Positions 63,866 through 64,000 of a stretch of DNA of 64,000 nucleotides are shown here, one piece after another. The notes beneath the pieces are model-generated. The model saw only the letters and a program-made list of their open reading frames with translations. It had not been told where the DNA came from and ran no database searches. The stretch comes from an uncultured Gemmatimonadaceae bacterium (GTDB lineage: Bacteria > Gemmatimonadota > Gemmatimonadetes > Gemmatimonadales > Gemmatimonadaceae): positions 96,001 through 160,000 of the forward strand of contig CAWGJO010000027.1 of assembly GCA_963822945.1 (NCBI GenBank), in the 5' to 3' direction. Numbering within the stretch: position 1 is the stretch's first letter; every line of letters begins with the position of its first letter. The position numbers and the translations under genes were made by a program.

Positions 63866-64000
63866 GGTCCGGTGCTCCCGAGGGGCCGCCGGAAGTCGTC
63901 CACCGGTGCCGGGTGATCGCACACCCGAATGGAATCGGCCGTTCCGTTCGGCCAGTGTGCGAACGCCACGCGACACCGCACCGGCGGCAGGCGATGGTCG

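Overview
A 64 kb high-GC bacterial chromosomal window. Gene style and content (ECF sigma/Ser-Thr kinase pair, tricorn and S9 peptidases, VPS10-like and Ig-domain lipoproteins, octamer intergenic repeats) suggest Gemmatimonadota; this is inference only. In order it holds: an RND efflux operon with PII-like, DUF2892 and ArsR genes; PolX and an NAD-dependent ligase with a divergent stand-alone WYL-like gene; a P-type ATPase and CaCA antiporter; an S9 peptidase; a B12-binding CarH/LitR-type regulator divergent from a fasciclin gene; a full ccmABCDEFGH operon converging on a radical SAM-hemA-hemY-hemE-hemH operon; an ECF/kinase pair; tricorn protease; a TetR-headed LolA-like/ABC/outer-membrane operon; a lipid cluster (GMC oxidase, phasin, patatin, acyltransferase, AarF kinase, HMG-CoA reductase-like); a ~240 nt highly pairable intergenic region before a degenerate archease; hipBA; a lipoprotein metallopeptidase; and prfC. 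I found no rRNA, tRNA, CRISPR array, transposase or prophage. Three genes carry single-base frameshifts, probably assembly errors. The best candidate for an undescribed system is the putative structured ncRNA plus atypical archease. All calls come from motif recognition by eye; no database searches were run.
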